Assembly: GCA_963703245.1 (NCBI GenBank)
Contig: OY969803.1
Coordinates: 59,903 to 123,902 of the forward strand
Direction: 5' to 3'
Length of the DNA: 64,000 nt
Source of the DNA: an uncultured bacterium
GTDB lineage: Bacteria > Patescibacteriota > Minisyncoccia > Minisyncoccales > CAVTZN01
Within the stretch, counting starts at the first letter, position 1, and each line of letters opens with the position of its first letter. This document shows, piece after piece, positions 19,414 to 28,830 of this stretch. The notes under the pieces were generated by a model. It saw only the letters and a program-made list of their open reading frames with translations. It did not search any database and was not told the origin of the DNA. Position numbers and translations under genes: made by a program.

Positions 19414-19698
19414 TTTAGATTTTTTCTCAATCTACTTATTATTTATCATGCATCAATAAATAATTGGTAGATTTTATTTAGTTAATTATTATTTTCGACC
19501 TTGAAAATATTTTTTCAGTTCTTATTAAAAAGAACTATCTACCTAACTTTTTATTTTTGGTTTTTTATAAAAAATAAAAAGCCTTCGACCTTTAAGATTG
19601 TCTTTTAAAAAAGACAAGATATTAGAATATTATATCACAAAAATGCTGTTAAGGACCAGAAGTTTTCCACAACCTAATTTCAGCGTATTTATCAGCGA

Positions 19699-21612
19699 CT
19701 AATCAGCGGAAATTTGTTTTAAAAGTTCTGTTGCCGGACTGAAATCTGCTTTCAGCTCTATTGATTTTTCAAGTTGCTTTTTTGCTTCGTCTAATTGGTT
19801 CATCGCAAAATAAGTTCTTCCTAAAAAGTATGGAAATTGGGGATTTTGGGGGTCAAGCGTCTGGGCTTTTTGATAATTTGAAATCGCGAGATTATCCGCT
19901 CCTTTAACATTAAAAGGAACAAGGTTTTCATAAACAGAAGCTAACTGCTGCCAATTCAAGCTGTCTTTTTGGTTTATTCCAACGGCATTGGTGGCGGAAG
20001 CTTCGGCGGCTGAAACGGTCTGCTGGAAAAGATCCTTTTTTTGGTCTTCAGACAGGTTTTTATCATCCAAAATCTCATTTGTTTTCAGTAAAAATACCTG
20101 CGATAAAGTTCTGAAATATATATCTTTGTTTTTGTCGGCATTTATCGCCCGGTTAATATTTGTTATGCCTTCGTCCAAATTATCTGCGGAAACCCCTCTG
20201 ACATAATATAAAGCTCCTGCATATTGCTGACAAACAAAGTAAATTCCCGCAACGGAACCCACAATCAGAAGGCAAAGTCCGATCATCATCAAGAAAGATT
20301 TTTGGGGAGATTGGGAAAAAACAAATTCTTTTTTCTGTTCTGAATAAACCAAGGCAACCCATATTCCCATCATTAGAAAAGCGGAAAAAGCCAAGGTTAA
20401 ATTTAAAGGGTAGAAAAACCAGAGAATGAAAAAGTAAAAGCTGATGATAAATGTAACGCTGATTAACGCTGATTTTGGCTGATTCATGCTGATTAGTTTT
20501 TTAAATCCTTTCCAAAAGAAAATTGCAATCATAAATAACATTGCTAAAATTCCCAGAACTCCGCAAGTCCCCAAAAATGTCGGCAAAGCAGCTATCCCCT
20601 GGGGAAATTTTACTGACCAAAAAGAAGTCAGGTTTAAGCTAACGTAGCGATATAAAGCGAAATCCGAGCCAAAAGTTGCAGGACCCGAACCCAAAATAAA
20701 ATTCTTCGGCCCTTCCATCAAAGTCCCTTTTGCAATATCAAATGTCGCCCCGTATGTGGGGCTAACTTCGGATGGTATGTTTAAAATATTAGGCAATGGA
20801 GATTTGACTAAAATAAAAATTAAGGCAATAGCCAAAAAAATCAAAGGAATAATAAAGTTTTTAAAATTACCCTGAGTTAATTCGGATATATTGTTTTTTA
20901 ACCTAACCCAGACAATTAAAACTGCTGCTATGATAATCCCCACCCAAGACAGCCAATAATTGATAAATAAAATATTGGCGAACAATAAAAGGCCTACTAA
21001 AAGAGCCAATGAAAAGAAAATTAATGATTTGTATTCTTTCCGCAGCTGGGGTAAAAGAGCTATTAAAGCAATGAAAGCGCCGGTTAAAAATAAAGACAGT
21101 CCCTGGGCCGAACCAACAGGATTGAAATTGCTGGTCTTCGCAAAATCCCACGGGAAAATTTGGAAAAAAGAATTGATTAAAAACAGCAAAGCCGAGATTC
21201 CCGCGCTCAAAATGAAAATTGAAATTACTTTTAAAATTTCTTTTTCTTCTTTAAAAAGATTAGTAAAAAGGAAAAAGGTCAGGCCGTATAAAATAAAACT
21301 AAAAAGGGTGTCCGGCTCAAAGTTCATCCCCCAAAAACTCTGAATTTTGGAACCGGAAAGAAAAGTTGAAATCCCTAAAGCCAAAAGAAGCAGAAAAACA
21401 GCAAAGGTTATTTTATTCCAGATAAAACTTATTTTCCCCGAACTGAAAACTTTTACTGCCCACAAAATAATAATGAAAAAACAAAAACCCGCCAAAAGGG
21501 TTTGTTTATTTTGCGCCACCGGGAAATTTGTAAAGGGCAGGAAAAAAATCGGCACTAAAAAAACTAACGAATATAAACTGTATTTTATTATTTTATTAAG
21601 TGTGTTTTCCAT
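19699..21612 (-). CDS. polytopic O-antigen-ligase/polymerase-like membrane protein with C-terminal TPR repeats
   Basis: 637-aa ORF with more than 10 hydrophobic helices. The soluble C-terminus has TPR-like repeats (YQKAQTLDPQNPQFPYFLGRTYFAMNQLDEAKKQLEKSIELK). Confidence 0.6.
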   Translation of the reverse strand: MENTLNKIIKYSLYSLVFLVPIFFLPFTNFPVAQNKQTLLAGFCFFIIILWAVKVFSSGKISFIWNKITFAVFLLLLALGISTFLSGSKIQSFWGMNFEPDTLFSFILYGLTFFLFTNLFKEEKEILKVISIFILSAGISALLFLINSFFQIFPWDFAKTSNFNPVGSAQGLSLFLTGAFIALIALLPQLRKEYKSLIFFSLALLVGLLLFANILFINYWLSWVGIIIAAVLIVWVRLKNNISELTQGNFKNFIIPLIFLAIALIFILVKSPLPNILNIPSEVSPTYGATFDIAKGTLMEGPKNFILGSGPATFGSDFALYRYVSLNLTSFWSVKFPQGIAALPTFLGTCGVLGILAMLFMIAIFFWKGFKKLISMNQPKSALISVTFIISFYFFILWFFYPLNLTLAFSAFLMMGIWVALVYSEQKKEFVFSQSPQKSFLMMIGLCLLIVGSVAGIYFVCQQYAGALYYVRGVSADNLDEGITNINRAINADKNKDIYFRTLSQVFLLKTNEILDDKNLSEDQKKDLFQQTVSAAEASATNAVGINQKDSLNWQQLASVYENLVPFNVKGADNLAISNYQKAQTLDPQNPQFPYFLGRTYFAMNQLDEAKKQLEKSIELKADFSPATELLKQISAD

Positions 21613-21691
21613 ATGTTTTTATTTTACAAAAAATAATTTTAAAAAACAAGAAGTCTATAAAAATTATAACACAAAGTTATTGAAAAACAAA

Positions 21692-21716
21692 AGCTCCCGG
21701 TTTTTCGCCGAGAGCT
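21692..21716 (-). terminator. rho-independent terminator after the large surface-protein gene
   Basis: Minus strand AGCTCTCGG-CGAAAAA-CCGGGAGCT (one mismatch) followed by TTTGTTTTT. Confidence 0.6.
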
Positions 21717-21753
21717 TCTGCTTGGTCACAAGGAAACCAATTTTAGCTTAACT

Positions 21754-24700
21754 TTAGTATCCCATTGAAACTGAAGCTGTTCCACCTGAAGGATTCATCC
21801 AAGTAATTGGAAGCGTTCCATCAACTGCTTGATCATACCATCTGAAATCTCCAGCTGTTAATGTTGGAACACCAACGGATGACATCGATATGCTACCCAT
21901 ATCAAAACTGATAGATAATACTTCGACGTTAGCAGTATCGGCCAACATCAAACCAATCGTAGAAGTAATCAAATCATAAACGCTTGAGCTTCCACTGGCT
22001 GCTATTAAGCTATCAGGAATAAGAGTAACTGTACCTGCTGTAACAGTTCCGGAATAATAACCGGTAGCATAAATTGTACCTCCTGACTTCAGGTAGACAG
22101 GAACACCATCGGGAATAGCAGCGAGAAAATTACCGGCTAAATCAAGATTGACGGAATCGTTATACCATCTGATTTGATCAACATCTAATGTCTGATTAAC
22201 AGCAGGTGTATCGTTTAAAGACTCAATAATCTTAATAGAAGTAATTATGTCTTTACTAGCTGCAGCTGCAGGTAAGCTAACTTCAACAAACTGCCAAGTA
22301 TTAGCTGCTACAATATCAATAGTTTGAGTTGTTGTCGCACCAGCATCTATTATTTGAACTTTCCATTGCACCTCATCATTAACAGGAGTAGCAGCAGTTG
22401 CAACACTAGATCTTATCCAGAAACCTAATTTTGAATAATTCGTTAAATCAGGTCTTGAATCTGCATCGAAAGTAAATTCCATTCCGTCTCCAGTTACCAC
22501 TGTAGCTCCGTGTTCTGTCAATCTAATAACATTAGTGCCTGCAATAGGAGTTCCTGTATTTACAGACATAGCACCCGCACCAACGGCTGCCCAGTCACCG
22601 TCATAAGTTCCGCCATTTGGCGCAACAGCCTCCATAAAGTCTCCTGTAACAGCGGCTCCTAATTGAGCATCAGCCTCGCTGGTACCCGTTAAGGTTAATT
22701 TAGCAACTGTATCATTTGCTGATCTACCATTACCGGTAGCAGCTTTTGTGGTTGTTAAACCAGCTGTAAGAGTGGTTCTGTAAGGATAAATAGCATTACC
22801 GTAATAAGTCGTATCAAGATTAGCCGGTGTGGCATAAGCACCAGAGGTTGCTCCTTTGGTAATTATTGTATCGGTTGTTGCTCCTGTTGGAGCTGCAGCC
22901 GGAGTTAAAATATCAAATACAATATAATTACCAACGCTTTCTCCTTCAGCATAAGGAGTAATGTCAGCTTTTACTGTTACGACAGTATTGCCGCTCTTTG
23001 GAATGTTGATGTTAAGATTTCTGAACCAAGCCTGATATGAAGCATCTAAGGCAGGGACAGTATCGCCAGCTTGAACTCCACCAACAAATAATTTGATATT
23101 TCTTACATTGGCAGCGCTATTAGCACCATTAAGGTTGGTAACGGCGAGTTGAGTAAGAGTTTGGTCTTCAACATTATTTGCGGAGAATCTAAAGGCGGCT
23201 ATTGCTTGATCTGTGGATCCACCTTTTACTTGTGTCGGAACTGGAGTTGTTGTATCAACAGCGACGGTAAGAGTTCCGCCAGTCAGTATCGCAACTACTT
23301 GACCGAGCATACTGGTACCAGCACCGGTTGCAATGTTTGACGCAGAACTGGTTATTTTACCTGTCCCAGTAGCTGAATCCAATTCAACCGCTTCTGTATC
23401 TACCCAACTGGAAGCGGCAGCTGCATTTGATAAAATGTCAGCGTATAAATCTATCTGAACGGTTGTTCCTGCAGGAATTGATAAGGCTGGTGACGGATAG
23501 AAAGTATACTGAACTGTAATTGCGTCAGAAGAGCTGGTAGTCTTAACAGGAGCGATTGCAACGCCTCCTGACTTTAAGGTCAGGTTGTTGAAAGCTTCTC
23601 CTAAAGAATTGCTGCCTGCAACATTAACGGTACCATTACAATCTTCGAAAACGATCGATGAAACATCAACGCCTTCTGAAGCGCCTGATGTCAATAAGAA
23701 GGAAGCGATTCTCTGATTGGAAGCTCCCTGAACTAAAGTAATAGTACCAACTGAAGCATTCTTCGCTGCCGTTAAGGAAGAAGAAGAAATAGTCAAAAGA
23801 TTGCCTGCCTGACAAGAGGATAGGAACGTCAACTGTTCCTAAAGAAACAGTTCTCTGACCATTTGCGGAAATCTTCATCCTAAATAAGCTTGAATTGTGT
23901 CGGCGTTTTAATTGCTATCACTGATAGCTTCGAAGCAATATCCGCTCTAATTTCCAATGTCTTTGTAGATTCCGACCGGGACTGTAAAGTTAACAGTAAT
24001 TTCTGTGCCCGCTGTTATCATTGAACAGTAATCGGTCAACAGAACTGTCAGTCACACCAACCTGTGCTCCATCAAAATACACTCTGACATTTTTGATATT
24101 GTCCGTGGACCGCCCGCTAAAGTAATACCAAATTCTATGCTGCTTACCTTAATTGGTTCGCCAATTGCCTGAAAATTGTATTTAGCAAGCAAAACATTAG
24201 TTGCAGCAAGAGCGATATTCCCCGAAGGAGAATCGACTGCTTTGGTAACAACTATGCTACCCGAAGCAACTGTCGTGGCATCGGATGTTTGAACTGTGAA
24301 GCTTCCAACCGTTCCGGTATCAGCTTTGACATAAACATTGTAATTGGCATCCATCGCTTCTATATCGGTTGACTCTTTGTAAAGAGAATTGGATTGTTCT
24401 TGTTGAACCGCCAATTACATCCACCCTGAAACTAAGATTCTTTACAGAAGTAATAGTTAACGGAGAGGCTGACAAATCAAAGGTTACTGTTCTGTCAGAC
24501 GCCAAAGAAGCAACAGAAGCTAACAATGTGGCTCCATCGTAAACCTGAAGATTAGCAAGGTCGGTAATATTAGCTGAACCCAACATTAAGAGTTTAATCC
24601 TGTAAAGCTTAATGTTCTGGTTTGAAGCTGTTAACGTAAGTTTCATAGCTTCAAATCCTGTTGTCCCTGGGTCAACTGAAGCGGAAGTTGGTTTGTTTCA

Positions 24701-25630
24701 CAACTTGTAATCTGCCAAAATCATCAACATCGGCAGTGGTCATCAAATTTCCCGAAACTCGGGAAGACTCCAGAAACTATTGCCCCGTCAGTTGTGATAT
24801 TTGTTGCGGCGGTTACCTCGAAATCCAATTGTTTTTCCTGCCGTAGTATCTTTATTAAGATCGAATTTCACAGTAATGGCTTTAGTACCACTAACCGTAA
24901 AAAGACCATCTGCATTGTTGAAAGTGATAACACCTAAAGAGACCGAATTCATTTCAGCTAATTTTGTCGTGCCGTCATAAAGATAAACATTGTCCATATC
25001 AGAATCAGCAGAAACTCCCAGTCTCTTTAAAACTAAAGTTTTAACTTTAGCTGTTGTTCCAGCGGCAGTTGTAAATTGTAATTTTAATGTGTCTATTAGC
25101 GCCTGTGATCCTGTTGTTGTACCAGCGCCATCAGAAATAATGGTTGCTGAAACGGGTGTATCAGCGGCTAAGGCAACACTTAAGGTTCCAGCAGCTGTCG
25201 GAGTGGTAGGAGTTGTTGGGGTTGTCCCTAAATCAGCATTCGCGGCTGCTCTGGTTATTGGACCAAAGTAACCAACATTTGGGGTTATTCCTTTAGCTGT
25301 CTGGTAAGCGACAACGGCGGCTTTGGTTAAATTCCCAAAGTAGCTAGTGTTCAAACCAGCGGCTAAATAACCCTTACTGATAAGGAATTCCTGCAACGCC
25401 TTTACTTTTGCGTTTTTCAATCCAAAATAAAGATTGGTGTCAAAAGCAGTGGCAGGAGTTGTAGTTCCTGAAACAGTGCCTAATTGAGCCTGTAAGGCTG
25501 CTAATTGAGCAGTTAGGGCAACAATTTGGGCTTGGAGTTCATCAGCTGTTAAAGCATTGGCGACTCCTGGTCCTACCAACCAAACTGCACAGGTAAGGGT
25601 TGTAACGATCGCTATAATTTTTTTAGTCAT
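21754..25630 (-). pseudogene. very large repeat-module surface protein (signal peptide, coiled coil, N-terminal PG_binding_1, Ig-like repeat modules), broken by multiple frameshifts between about 23.83 and 24.85 kb
   Basis: ORFs 24788..25630 (MTKKIIAIVTTLTCAVWLVGPGVANA, LQAQIVALTAQLAALQAQL, VKALQEFLISKGYL...GPITRAAA), 24320..24646, 24052..24414, 23666..23878 and 21754..23832 all carry the same module style (NIKLYRIKLL..LQVYDGATLLA / NIKNVRVYFDGAQVG). They join into one coherent protein when the frame is shifted. Confidence 0.65.
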
Positions 25631-25789
25631 ATTTTATGTGTTTTTTCGTTTTATGTTAATTATTTATTATTTATTTCTGTCTGCCGTTATCGACCTTGTC
25701 TCGATCTTTTGTGTAAAAAAATTTTTGGCTGGCGCCTATTACGCAAAAAATCAAGGCTAACGACCTTCTATTGTTAAAATTAAATATTT

Positions 25790-26503
25790 TTATTTACTAG
25801 CGCTTTGAGTGATCTGCCAAATTTCTTCAAGAGCTTGGGCAAAATTACCAGCTTCGAAGCTTGTCTTAGCTTCTTCTAAAAGTCTTGTTTGAGATTCGGT
25901 TAAAGTTCGGTTTCCCAAATCATTAATTTCTCTCTCAACCAATTCTCTAAGGGTATTGTCTAGCTCATCAGTTCCACTAATAACTACTCCTAATTTTTCG
26001 ACTTTTTCTTTGTTCTCAACTATTTTTTTAGCTTGGTCAATAATTTCCTTGCCTATATTTGGATTGTCTTTCAAATTTTTAGCTGCTTGTGAAAGGGTCT
26101 TTTGAAATTCATCAACCGCTGGCGCTATCTTTTTAACCTGATTTTGTTCCGCAATTTTGACTAAATCTTCCAGTCGCGAATTCGCCTGTTCTAATTGGTA
26201 TTTTGACATATCTGCTTCTGAAACAAAAATTGCCCGGCCGCTCTCTGAAGCCTTTTTCAAAGAAAAGAGGAAATCGCCAGGCAGACTGATTTGAGAAAAA
26301 CCAAAAAGACCTATTAAAATAAAAATAGATAAAACTGGAGCAAAAGCCAGCCGATATCGGGGAGAAAACAAGAAAGAGGGCAGAAAAAATGTCTTTTGAG
26401 GTGCTTCTCTCAATATCCGGCTTTTAGTCGAAAAAGCCCATTCTTTGTTGGGCTTTATCTCTTTTAATAGCTGTATATTTTTTATAAGCTCTTTCTCAGT
26501 CAT
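25790..26503 (-). CDS. anti-sigma-factor-like single-pass membrane protein (DUF5667-like extracytoplasmic helical domain)
   Basis: 237-aa ORF immediately downstream of the ECF sigma gene. One TM (LAFAPVLSIFILIGLFGF) and a helical C-terminal domain. Confidence 0.5.
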   Translation of the reverse strand: MTEKELIKNIQLLKEIKPNKEWAFSTKSRILREAPQKTFFLPSFLFSPRYRLAFAPVLSIFILIGLFGFSQISLPGDFLFSLKKASESGRAIFVSEADMSKYQLEQANSRLEDLVKIAEQNQVKKIAPAVDEFQKTLSQAAKNLKDNPNIGKEIIDQAKKIVENKEKVEKLGVVISGTDELDNTLRELVEREINDLGNRTLTESQTRLLEEAKTSFEAGNFAQALEEIWQITQSASK

Positions 26504-26581
26504 CTTGTGGTGAGTTTATCGAACCATTTAAGATGAACCTTTAAATCGTCCTTAATAGATGACGTATTTTAGGGTAATTTA

Positions 26582-27106
26582 TTACAGTTTTACCTCTTCT
26601 TTTAGGGCATTTAGTGCCCTATGAAGCGTAACTCTGACCGCGTCCTCGGATTTATCGAGGATTTTAGCTATTTCCGGCACTTTCAAATCGTCCAAATAAT
26701 GCCATATTATAATATCTTGGTATTCGTCTTTAAGGTTGGTTAAAGCCCCCTTGATCTGCTCTAAATTTGAGTTTTGAAGGGCTTTTTCTTCGGGGCCCGG
26801 GCTAGGATCAATTTCTCCCTGAATATATTCATCCGGAATGGTCTGGGTTTTGGCTTTTTCCCGATAAAAATCAATTATTAGATTGCGGGCAACCTGGTAA
26901 AGGTAAGCTCGAGGATTTTCTAAGGTTTCGCCCTTTTGAAAAGTTTCCCAAGTCCGAACAAAGGTCTCTGAAGTTAAATCCTGGGCTGTTTCCTGGGAAC
27001 TGACCTTAATAAAAACAAAACGGTAGATTTTTTCTACATACTGGTCGTAAATTTTGTTAAATTTTTTCTTGGTATTAGCCATTTGAATCTTCAAATGGTA
27101 GGACAA
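26582..27106 (-). CDS. ECF-type RNA polymerase sigma factor (sigma-70 family, regions 2 and 4)
   Basis: Region 2 AQDLTSETFVRTWETF...RAYLYQVARNLIIDFYR. Region 4 IIWHYLDDLKVPEIAKILDKSEDAVRVTLHRALNALK. Confidence 0.85.
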   Translation of the reverse strand: MSYHLKIQMANTKKKFNKIYDQYVEKIYRFVFIKVSSQETAQDLTSETFVRTWETFQKGETLENPRAYLYQVARNLIIDFYREKAKTQTIPDEYIQGEIDPSPGPEEKALQNSNLEQIKGALTNLKDEYQDIIIWHYLDDLKVPEIAKILDKSEDAVRVTLHRALNALKEEVKL

Positions 27107-27129
27107 ATGTGCTTTGTCCTACTTATGTC

Positions 27130-27717
27130 CTACTTAAGTTTATAGAAAGTATTATTTTTTTCTCCTATCCGCTCTACCAAATTTTGATTTAATAGATAGT
27201 CGAAATCCCGCCGGAGAGTTCTTTTACTCACTTCGGGAAAAATCTTTTTTAATTCCCAAACTTGTGCTTGGCCTTTTTCTTTTAGAGTTTCTAAGATTTT
27301 TTGATGCCGTTGTTCCTGACCAGCACCTAATTTTACTCCAACCGGCCGGACAATACTCGGCACAATAATTTGTTCTTCAGCGGGCTTTTTTTGTATAACT
27401 TTCCTAGTTGCGATCTCGAAATCTTGGGTTTTAGATAAATTTTTAAACTCTTCTTTTATCTTGCTGTATTCTTGCTCCAAAACTAAAAAATTAAGAGGAT
27501 TGACCCAATTTTGAATTCGAGCTACTTCGAAATAATTTTCCAAAACTTCAACATCTTTTAAAATTTTTTCCTGGCCCGTGGGGTTAAATAAAACCAAATC
27601 GGTCAAAATATCATTGGCTTTTCCCCGGATTTTAAATTTTAGAGGCTCCCCCTCCGGAAAATTGTCAGTTACCCTATAAACCGCCTGAGTTAATTTAAGA
27701 TAAAAACCTTTATCCAT
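27130..27717 (-). CDS. DeoR-type winged-helix HTH protein
   Basis: C-terminus RHQKILETLKEKGQAQVWELKKIFPEVSKRTLRRDFDYLLNQNLVERIG matches the DeoR-like HTH pattern. The N-terminal helical domain is not assigned. Confidence 0.5.
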   Translation of the reverse strand: MDKGFYLKLTQAVYRVTDNFPEGEPLKFKIRGKANDILTDLVLFNPTGQEKILKDVEVLENYFEVARIQNWVNPLNFLVLEQEYSKIKEEFKNLSKTQDFEIATRKVIQKKPAEEQIIVPSIVRPVGVKLGAGQEQRHQKILETLKEKGQAQVWELKKIFPEVSKRTLRRDFDYLLNQNLVERIGEKNNTFYKLK

Positions 27718-27750
27718 AGTTTATTTTATATATTATGTAGAACAATTTCT

Positions 27751-27779
27751 ACTTTAGCAAAAAATAAAAAGAGGGTCAA
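27751..27779 (-). promoter_or_regulatory. sigma-70-like promoter for 27130..27717 (TTGACC-17-TAAAGT)
   Basis: Minus strand TTGACC (27779-27774), 17-nt spacer, TAAAGT (27756-27751), about 35 nt upstream of the ATG. Confidence 0.3.
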
Positions 27780-27842
27780 CCCCGAAGCTAAAATAGTTCT
27801 GAATAATAAAAAACCCCTCCTGGGATTTCATAATTGGGGGTT

Positions 27843-27922
27843 GGAAGAGATGGAGAAAAAGAATTTATCGTTTTATATTCTTTTTTTATCTGCCTGGTGT
27901 ACGGCCTCTCTCCATCTCTTCC
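27843..27922. repeat. nested inverted repeats: 14-bp GGAAGAGATGGAGA/TCTCCATCTCTTCC enclosing 9-bp AAAAAGAAT/ATTCTTTTT
   Basis: Outer arms at 27843-27856 and 27909-27922, both perfect. Inner arms at 27856-27864 and 27877-27885, both perfect. Confidence 0.85.
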
Positions 27923-28038
27923 GAGTTACGTTTTGGATGTTGTCGTATCTGACTATCCATTAGCGTAACCCTTTGCGGGACTGTCGGCAACTTATTGTAG
28001 CGCAAACAGTCCACCGTGGGGGAATAAATATGTGACAA
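27886..28038 (-). CDS. candidate 50-aa small basic protein (TTG start) in a GC-rich structured segment
   Basis: Minus strand AAAGGAGGTGA (SD at 28050-28046), 7 nt, then TTG. Translation (M)SHIYSPTVDCLRYNKLPTVPQRVTLMDSQIRQHPKRNSEEMERGRTPGR*. Below the ORF-track length cut-off. Could instead be an ncRNA. Confidence 0.3.
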   Translation of the reverse strand: MSHIYSPTVDCLRYNKLPTVPQRVTLMDSQIRQHPKRNSEEMERGRTPGR

Positions 28039-28090
28039 TAAGTCACCTCCTTTTGTCAACAAATTAAAATTCCCACTTTATGATTATATT

Positions 28091-28119
28091 ATATTATTAA
28101 AAACAAACGATTATGTCAA
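28091..28119 (-). promoter_or_regulatory. near-consensus sigma-70 promoter TTGACA-17-TAATAT
   Basis: Minus strand TTGACA at 28119-28114 (overlaps the stop of the 92-aa gene), 17-nt spacer, TAATAT at 28096-28091. Lies about 45 nt upstream of the SD of the 50-codon ORF. Confidence 0.4.
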
Positions 28120-28394
28120 TATTTTCTATCTTTAGCTCTGTTTCTTTTTGGTTTTTTGTCTTTTAATGGTAAAACGGTGCAATCCACCACTTCAGTTCCG
28201 GCGCCTATTGATAAAATTTCCTTATTCGCCCCGACTACAAGATGGACTTGTTGTGTTCTTTCTATAGTTTTTTTACATTTTACCACCATTTTTCTCGATT
28301 TCATGCCGTCTTTGCTATTAATCTTGAGAGTTATCACTCCTCCGTTATTTTTAACGAGCTGTGGGAAAATATCTTTTACTGTTTGCTTTTCCAA
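28116..28394 (-). CDS. orphan 92-aa protein with a basic C-terminal tail
   Basis: ATG preceded by TAAGGAGGTTAAAA (strong SD). No recognisable motif. Confidence 0.6.
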   Translation of the reverse strand: MEKQTVKDIFPQLVKNNGGVITLKINSKDGMKSRKMVVKCKKTIERTQQVHLVVGANKEILSIGAGTEVVDCTVLPLKDKKPKRNRAKDRKY

Positions 28395-28450
28395 TTTTTA
28401 ACCTCCTTATTTTGTTTTTTACCACATTGCTCAAAAAAAGTCAAAAAAGA

Positions 28451-28473
28451 AGCGCCATGACAAGCATGACGCT
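28451..28473 (-). terminator. rho-independent terminator after 28518..28811
   Basis: Minus strand AGCGTCATG-CTTGT-CATGGCGCT (one G-T) followed by TCTTTTTTGACTTTTTTT. Confidence 0.55.
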
Positions 28474-28517
28474 ACTTATTTTAATTTTATACAATTAACC
28501 TAACCGTTAGTTTTCTG

Positions 28518-28811
28518 TCAGCAAACCGCTGGTGTTTTCGGAAATTCAACAGTGAGTATCTGAATTAATACTTTCGTCTGTGCCGGAGTGAATATATAAT
28601 TATTTGTTGATTTCCCTGCGCCGTCTCTGCTGCGATTGCAAATCCTCGATATAATATGAAGGGTATGATCGTCCCATACAGTAATTATTATATCACTGTG
28701 TCCCCCTCTTATCTTAAGTTTCGCGTTAGCAAAAGTTTCCTCATAAGTGCCATTCATCCTGATAACTATTGTTTTCCCTGACTCAATAACTGGAATTGTT
28801 TTTTCTTTCAT
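28518..28811 (-). CDS. orphan 97-aa protein
   Basis: ATG preceded by AAAGGAGGGAAATA. Starts 19 nt after the stop of 28831..29373, so likely the same operon. No recognisable motif. Confidence 0.6.
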   Translation of the reverse strand: MKEKTIPVIESGKTIVIRMNGTYEETFANAKLKIRGGHSDIIITVWDDHTLHIISRICNRSRDGAGKSTNNYIFTPAQTKVLIQILTVEFPKTPAVC

Positions 28812-28830
28812 ATTTCCCTCCTTTCTTGAT

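Noticed and set aside
21754-25630. A diversity-generating retroelement or CRISPR-type repeat structure as the explanation for the variable or broken surface-protein gene.
   Set aside because: I saw no reverse transcriptase ORF, no template/variable repeat pair, and no regularly spaced direct repeats anywhere in the window.
27834-28056. The structured GC-rich segment was considered as tmRNA (a frame ending ...DYPLA-TAA on the plus strand, a 5' GGGGG), RNase P RNA, or a retron msr/msd.
   Set aside because: There is no tRNA-like acceptor/T-arm pairing and no 3' ...CCA-type end complementary to the 5' G-run. There is no GAGGAAAGUCC P4-type motif. No reverse transcriptase gene occurs anywhere in the window.
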